This document shows, in pieces, positions 34,212 through 38,266 of a stretch of 38,266 nt of DNA (position 1 is the first letter of the stretch; each line of letters starts with the position of its first letter). Both the position numbers and the translations under genes were made by a program. Source of the stretch: Deltaproteobacteria bacterium (GTDB taxonomy: Bacteria; Desulfobacterota; UBA8473); NCBI GenBank assembly GCA_003599365.1, contig QZJR01000078.1, positions 1 through 38,266 on the forward strand, written 5' to 3'. The notes under the pieces were generated by a model. That model was not told the origin of the DNA and did not search any database. It was given only the letters and a program-made list of their open reading frames with translations.

Positions 34212-34284
34212 GATTTTACCCCCATTTATTAATATGTTAGTATCGTTTGTTATAAGCAGCCCGTAAAGCTGGCGTAGTGTTCTC

Positions 34285-34896
34285 TTATCCCACTAAACGT
34301 CTGGTAACCTCAGCCACATGCTTTCCCTGGAACCGAGCAATGGCAAGTTCGTTTTCACTCGGCAAACGACTGCCGTCAGGGCCGGCAATTGTAGAGGAAC
34401 CATAGGGGCTTCCTCCTGAAACTTCATCAACAATCATCAATCTCTTCTCGGAATATGGAACTCCGACTATTATCATCCCGTGATGCAATAGTGTGGTATG
34501 AAAACTCAAGATTGTAGATTCCTGGCCTCCATGTTGTGTTCCGCTGGAGGCAAATACACTCCCTACCTTTCCTACCAATGCATTATTAGCCCATAGCCCC
34601 CCTGTAGTATCGAAGAATGTCCGCATCTGTCCGCTCATCATGCCAAAACGTGTTGGAGTACCGAAGACAACAGCGTCTGCTTCGGTTAGGTTTCCCAGGA
34701 TAGCCGTAGGAATATGGGCAAACATTTTCTTGGTTTCTATTGCACCCATCTTAGCCAGAACCTCATCCGGGAGAGTCTCAGGGACTTGAAACAGTTTGAC
34801 CTGTGTACCACTTACCTGTCCGGCGCCTTCGGCAATCGCCTCTGCTAAACGATAGATATGACCATAGATACTGTGAAAAATGATATTAATCTTCAT
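34285..34896 (-). CDS. wrbA: NAD(P)H:quinone oxidoreductase WrbA
   Basis: SIYGH, GTPTRFG, SSGTQHGGQEST and GGSPYG. ATG 34896 with RBS aaggagg. Confidence 0.95.
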   Translation of the reverse strand: MKINIIFHSIYGHIYRLAEAIAEGAGQVSGTQVKLFQVPETLPDEVLAKMGAIETKKMFAHIPTAILGNLTEADAVVFGTPTRFGMMSGQMRTFFDTTGGLWANNALVGKVGSVFASSGTQHGGQESTILSFHTTLLHHGMIIVGVPYSEKRLMIVDEVSGGSPYGSSTIAGPDGSRLPSENELAIARFQGKHVAEVTRRLVG

Positions 34897-34927
34897 AGTT
34901 CCTCCTTTTTTTATCGATAAAAAAATG

Positions 34928-35464
34928 TTAACCACCCCAAGGCATTTTGGAATAGGTATCAGAGAGTTTATCGCGGTATTCCTTAAAAAACTTCTCGTGG
35001 CTTTTTTCCCAACGGGAAAGCATTAAGAGAGCTCCCCCTAACTCTCCTTCCGTATTTTCGGCCATCCTTTCGTAAAATTCACACAGGTCCCTTTCTATGA
35101 GCCAGGCTGTGTTGAAAACCGTAACATCAGGGATCATTGAGCCATCGACGCATTGCTGCAAGAACTCTGACTTAGCTCGCGTGTCGAAATAATCTGTGGG
35201 TTCTAGAACCATATTCTTCAGGTTTGAAAGATTGATTTTGCCCTCCTGCTCCAAATTATTCAGAATTCCTTTGATAAAGAGGATGTGTTTTTCCTCTTCC
35301 TCGATCAATCGTTTGAATGCACTAACCGCCGCTCCTATGCCCATTCGCTTAAGGGAGGATTTAAAAAAGTCCTTTCCGGTCTCTTCCTGATTCAAGGCAT
35401 ATTCGAAGACCTTGATCAAATTTTTATTGCCGGTTATATACCCATCTTTGTTGTTTTTTGTCAT
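34928..35464 (-). CDS. Ferritin-like/rubrerythrin-family protein
   Basis: YALNQEETG, EEEKH, AWLIERD and WEKSH. Confidence 0.85.
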   Translation of the reverse strand: MTKNNKDGYITGNKNLIKVFEYALNQEETGKDFFKSSLKRMGIGAAVSAFKRLIEEEEKHILFIKGILNNLEQEGKINLSNLKNMVLEPTDYFDTRAKSEFLQQCVDGSMIPDVTVFNTAWLIERDLCEFYERMAENTEGELGGALLMLSRWEKSHEKFFKEYRDKLSDTYSKMPWGG

Positions 35465-35532
35465 AACTATGCCTCCTGAAAGGGCGCTTCTCTGTGCTCT
35501 AACACTACCCTAAAGTGCAAAGGGTTGAGATA

Positions 35533-35763
35533 TTATTCCTGTAATTTCTGTTTCCAGAAGGCCATTATACCATCTTTCCCAAAGGACACCTGTATCAGTT
35601 CCCACCCTTGTCTGCCTCGTTCATTTAAGATGTCCTGGAGTATCTTCGTTTGATCCGTAGGAACCTGCTCCAGGGTGCATTCGGCAGACTCTGAACAAAA
35701 GTAAACCAGTTCCTTGAATGCCTCAGCGGGGTGTTTAGTGATTTGGTATTCAAACCGTTTCAT
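35533..35763 (-). CDS. Small DUF4177-like protein
   Basis: RFEYQI...ILNERGRQGWELIQV...FWK. Confidence 0.7.
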   Translation of the reverse strand: MKRFEYQITKHPAEAFKELVYFCSESAECTLEQVPTDQTKILQDILNERGRQGWELIQVSFGKDGIMAFWKQKLQE

Positions 35764-35779
35764 AACGTCTCCTTTTTCG

Positions 35780-37873
35780 CTAATCCAATTTAATGGCCAA
35801 TTTTAGGTTTTCCAAGTCTGTTATAGGAGTTTTACACACATACTGTTCACACAGGTATACCGTTGGTTGATGGTTTATCGGATGAAGTGCTTCTACAAAA
35901 GGAGCTAGCGTGGAGAGTATCCTACCTTCATCTCCACCCGGCTGGAGCAACAGCACCTTATTGGGCAGAAAGATTTTGTTGACAACCTGGAGCATCGCCC
36001 TTGTGGTTTCATGGGAAGGGTCTCCGACAATGACGATCTCCAGACTTGGGCCGACCATAAAATCGAGAGCGTTTAAGAATTGAGAATACCCCATAGGCAA
36101 AGCCGCAACATGACTGGAAAATGCCTCTGCTAACTGATCGGCCCTTTTCTCCAGATCAGTGTTTCCAGTCATACGGGCCAGACGCAGAAGGTTCAGCGCC
36201 GCCACAGAGTTGCCTGAAGGCAGGGCTCCATCATATATCTCTTTGCTCCTGGCAATAAGTATCTCATTGTCTTTCCCCGTGAAGTAAAAACCCCCTTTCG
36301 AGTCATCCCAGAAAAGGTCAATCATTCCCTTGTTGATTTCAATGGCGTCTTTCAGGTATGATATGTTAAAAGTAGCCTCATACAACTCGATAAGTCCCCA
36401 AACCAGAAAAGAATAGTCGTCCAGGTATCCAGGATACGCCACATCACCTTGCCTGTATCGCCGGAAGAGTTGGCCGTCGGGTTTCCTCAGTTTTTCCAGG
36501 ATGAAGGATGCAGCTTGCTTTGCAGCATCTATATATAATTCATTCCCCAGTGCCTTGTATCCTTTGGCCAGAGCCGCTATCATGAGTCCATTCCAGGAAG
36601 TGATAATCTTGTCATCCTTCAAAGGATGAACCCGCTTCTCTCTGTCCATAAATAGGAGTCGTCCGGCTTCCTCCAAAAGGGTTTCAAGCTTAGCTAAATC
36701 CATACCTTTTTGCTCAGCAAAGACCTCAAGAGCTATAGGGATGTGGGGGATGCTTAAGCCATCCTCAAAATTGCCTGCTTGGTTGATGTCATAGAAATGG
36801 CAGTAGAGGTCGCCCAGCTCATCCCCTAAATGATCCTTGACCTGCTGGGGTGTCCAGAGGTAGAATAACCCCTCCTTGCCTTCACTGTCGGCATCTTCCG
36901 CCGAGTAGAACCCGCCTTCAGGGGCTGTCATGTCTCGCAACACATAGGTAAATATCTCACCGGCCACCGCTGCATACCGGGGATTTTTTGTTACCTGATA
37001 TGCTTCGATGTAGGACATGGACAGCAGGGCTTGATCGTATAGCATCTTTTCAAAGTGAGGTGCCAGCCACTTTTCATCAACAGAATAACGGTGGAAACCA
37101 TAGCCAATCTGGTCGAAAACACCTCCGAATCGCATGGCATCGAGAGTCTTTTCTGCCATATTAAGGGCATTCGAATCGTTGCTGCGCCTATACCACCTCA
37201 AGAGAAAGGTCAACTGATGTGGTGTGGGAAATTTAGGTGCACCTCCGAAGCCTCCCCACTTTGGATCAAAGCTCCTTGCAAGTTGCTCATAACCCTTCTG
37301 AAGGGTATCAATGCCTAAGGTCTGGCCTTCGGAAGCCAGGTCTGCCCTTGGCTGAATGGCATTGGTAATCTCTTCGCCAGCCCTGAGAATGCGCTCCCGA
37401 TCCTTCTCCCACAAGGCTGCTATTTGAGTCAGGACATCTGTAAAACCAGCCATCCCCATACGGCTCGACTTCGGGAGATAGGTGCCTGAAAAAAAGGGTT
37501 TACCTTCGGATGTCATGAAGATGGAAAGGGGCCATCCTCCACGCCCTGTCATGGACTGGCACGCTGACATGTATATTTGGTCAATATCCGGCCGTTCTTC
37601 CCGATCTACTTTGATGGCAACATACGATTGGTTCAGTATGCGGGCAACTTCCTTGTCCTCAAAAGATTCATGTGCCATAACATGGCACCAGTGACAGGTG
37701 GCATACCCTATGGATAGGAAGATAGGCTTATCTTCCTTTTTCGCCTTTTGTAAAGCCTCATCACCCCAGGGATGCCAGTTCACAGGATTCTTGGCATGCT
37801 GGAGCAAATAAGGACTCTTCTCATGTATCAATTGGTTAAAACCCACCTTTGCTCCTTCTTCATTGTCATCCAT
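35780..37873 (-). CDS. Thioredoxin-domain YyaL/SSP411 (DUF255) protein
   Basis: [48 protein letters not shown] and DDK..WNGL. Confidence 0.93.
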   Translation of the reverse strand: MDDNEEGAKVGFNQLIHEKSPYLLQHAKNPVNWHPWGDEALQKAKKEDKPIFLSIGYATCHWCHVMAHESFEDKEVARILNQSYVAIKVDREERPDIDQIYMSACQSMTGRGGWPLSIFMTSEGKPFFSGTYLPKSSRMGMAGFTDVLTQIAALWEKDRERILRAGEEITNAIQPRADLASEGQTLGIDTLQKGYEQLARSFDPKWGGFGGAPKFPTPHQLTFLLRWYRRSNDSNALNMAEKTLDAMRFGGVFDQIGYGFHRYSVDEKWLAPHFEKMLYDQALLSMSYIEAYQVTKNPRYAAVAGEIFTYVLRDMTAPEGGFYSAEDADSEGKEGLFYLWTPQQVKDHLGDELGDLYCHFYDINQAGNFEDGLSIPHIPIALEVFAEQKGMDLAKLETLLEEAGRLLFMDREKRVHPLKDDKIITSWNGLMIAALAKGYKALGNELYIDAAKQAASFILEKLRKPDGQLFRRYRQGDVAYPGYLDDYSFLVWGLIELYEATFNISYLKDAIEINKGMIDLFWDDSKGGFYFTGKDNEILIARSKEIYDGALPSGNSVAALNLLRLARMTGNTDLEKRADQLAEAFSSHVAALPMGYSQFLNALDFMVGPSLEIVIVGDPSHETTRAMLQVVNKIFLPNKVLLLQPGGDEGRILSTLAPFVEALHPINHQPTVYLCEQYVCKTPITDLENLKLAIKLD

Positions 37874-37909
37874 ATAAAACTCACGAGATGATTATTATGA
37901 AAAGATTTT

Positions 37910-38095
37910 TTAGGATGTCCCTTCTAGCGTGCACTTCGTGAAGTCGATTTCATTCCCGCAACCTGTACAGATATGCTTCTTGTCAAACTCGTCTGAAAAT
38001 ATTTCCTTCTCCTTGCCACAATTGGGACATTTACAGGTTAATAATTTTAAGTTCTTAAAATTCTCAAAGCCAGGGCAATGTCTCGGTGTAGTCAT
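37910..38095 (-). CDS. Small Cys-rich zinc-ribbon-like protein (61 aa)
   Basis: HCPG, CKCPNCG..EIFSDE, CTGCG. RBS ggagga. Confidence 0.75.
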   Translation of the reverse strand: MTTPRHCPGFENFKNLKLLTCKCPNCGKEKEIFSDEFDKKHICTGCGNEIDFTKCTLEGTS

Positions 38096-38145
38096 AACAA
38101 ATCCTCCCAGCACAAAATTTCTGACAAACTTTGGCTAATAAACGA

Positions 38146-38266
38146 TTGATGGCTTCGTAAAAAGTCTATCTGCGGCGTTGCACTGCATCCTTCGTCGTTG
38201 CAGCGTACCCCTAAGTACGCTTCACTCCTCAGGATTTGCGCGCCTTGCATCTGGAGCTTTTTACTT
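38146..38266. mobile_element. MITE-like palindromic element, cut by the window end
   Basis: ttgatggcttcgtaaaaagtc ... gagctttttactt (gtaaaaag/ctttttac), with an internal gcgtac-N6-gtacgc hairpin. Confidence 0.7.

Noticed and set aside
1-38266. tRNA/rRNA genes, integrase or transposase, and selenocysteine read-through
   Set aside because: None was recognised by eye, and TGA stops in the redox genes fall at expected protein ends. tRNAscan/Infernal were not run.

Overview
The gene content points to an anaerobic Desulfobacterota/deltaproteobacterium-like chromosome (inference). The window has four zones. (1) 1-6.8 kb, + strand: a nitrite/NO-handling block with the end of a hybrid response regulator, quinol-type NO reductase, CBS and HPP proteins, a RACo/ASKHA fragment, and nrfHA with an all-CxxCH NrfA. 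(2) 6.8-12.2 kb: an unusual operon-like module of a chrA 3' remnant, an HD phosphohydrolase with a His-rich N-domain, a 1061-aa dikinase-like protein (ATP-grasp + phospho-His swivel + C-terminal beta-sandwich, no pyruvate barrel) and an MFS transporter. (3) 12.5-19.9 kb: a decayed defence/TA island. It holds a SNF2-DUF3883 remnant, a frameshifted Fic, RhuM and HTH stubs, an intact MNT with an internally deleted HepT, an RtcR/CARF stub, a large unknown ORF, an AAA pseudogene and a ~89%-identical copy of the norB 3' end. (4) 19.9-38.1 kb, all - strand: a large Fe-S/oxidative-stress cluster with iscU and an IscS lacking the PLP lysine, korAB, superoxide reductase, Tpx, several rubrerythrin/ferritin-like proteins, FprA, rubredoxin, an Isf-ArsC fusion, CopZ and WrbA. 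MITE/REP-like repeats are scattered through the window, and two are fused directly to truncated genes. All family calls come from reading motifs by eye; no database searches were run.
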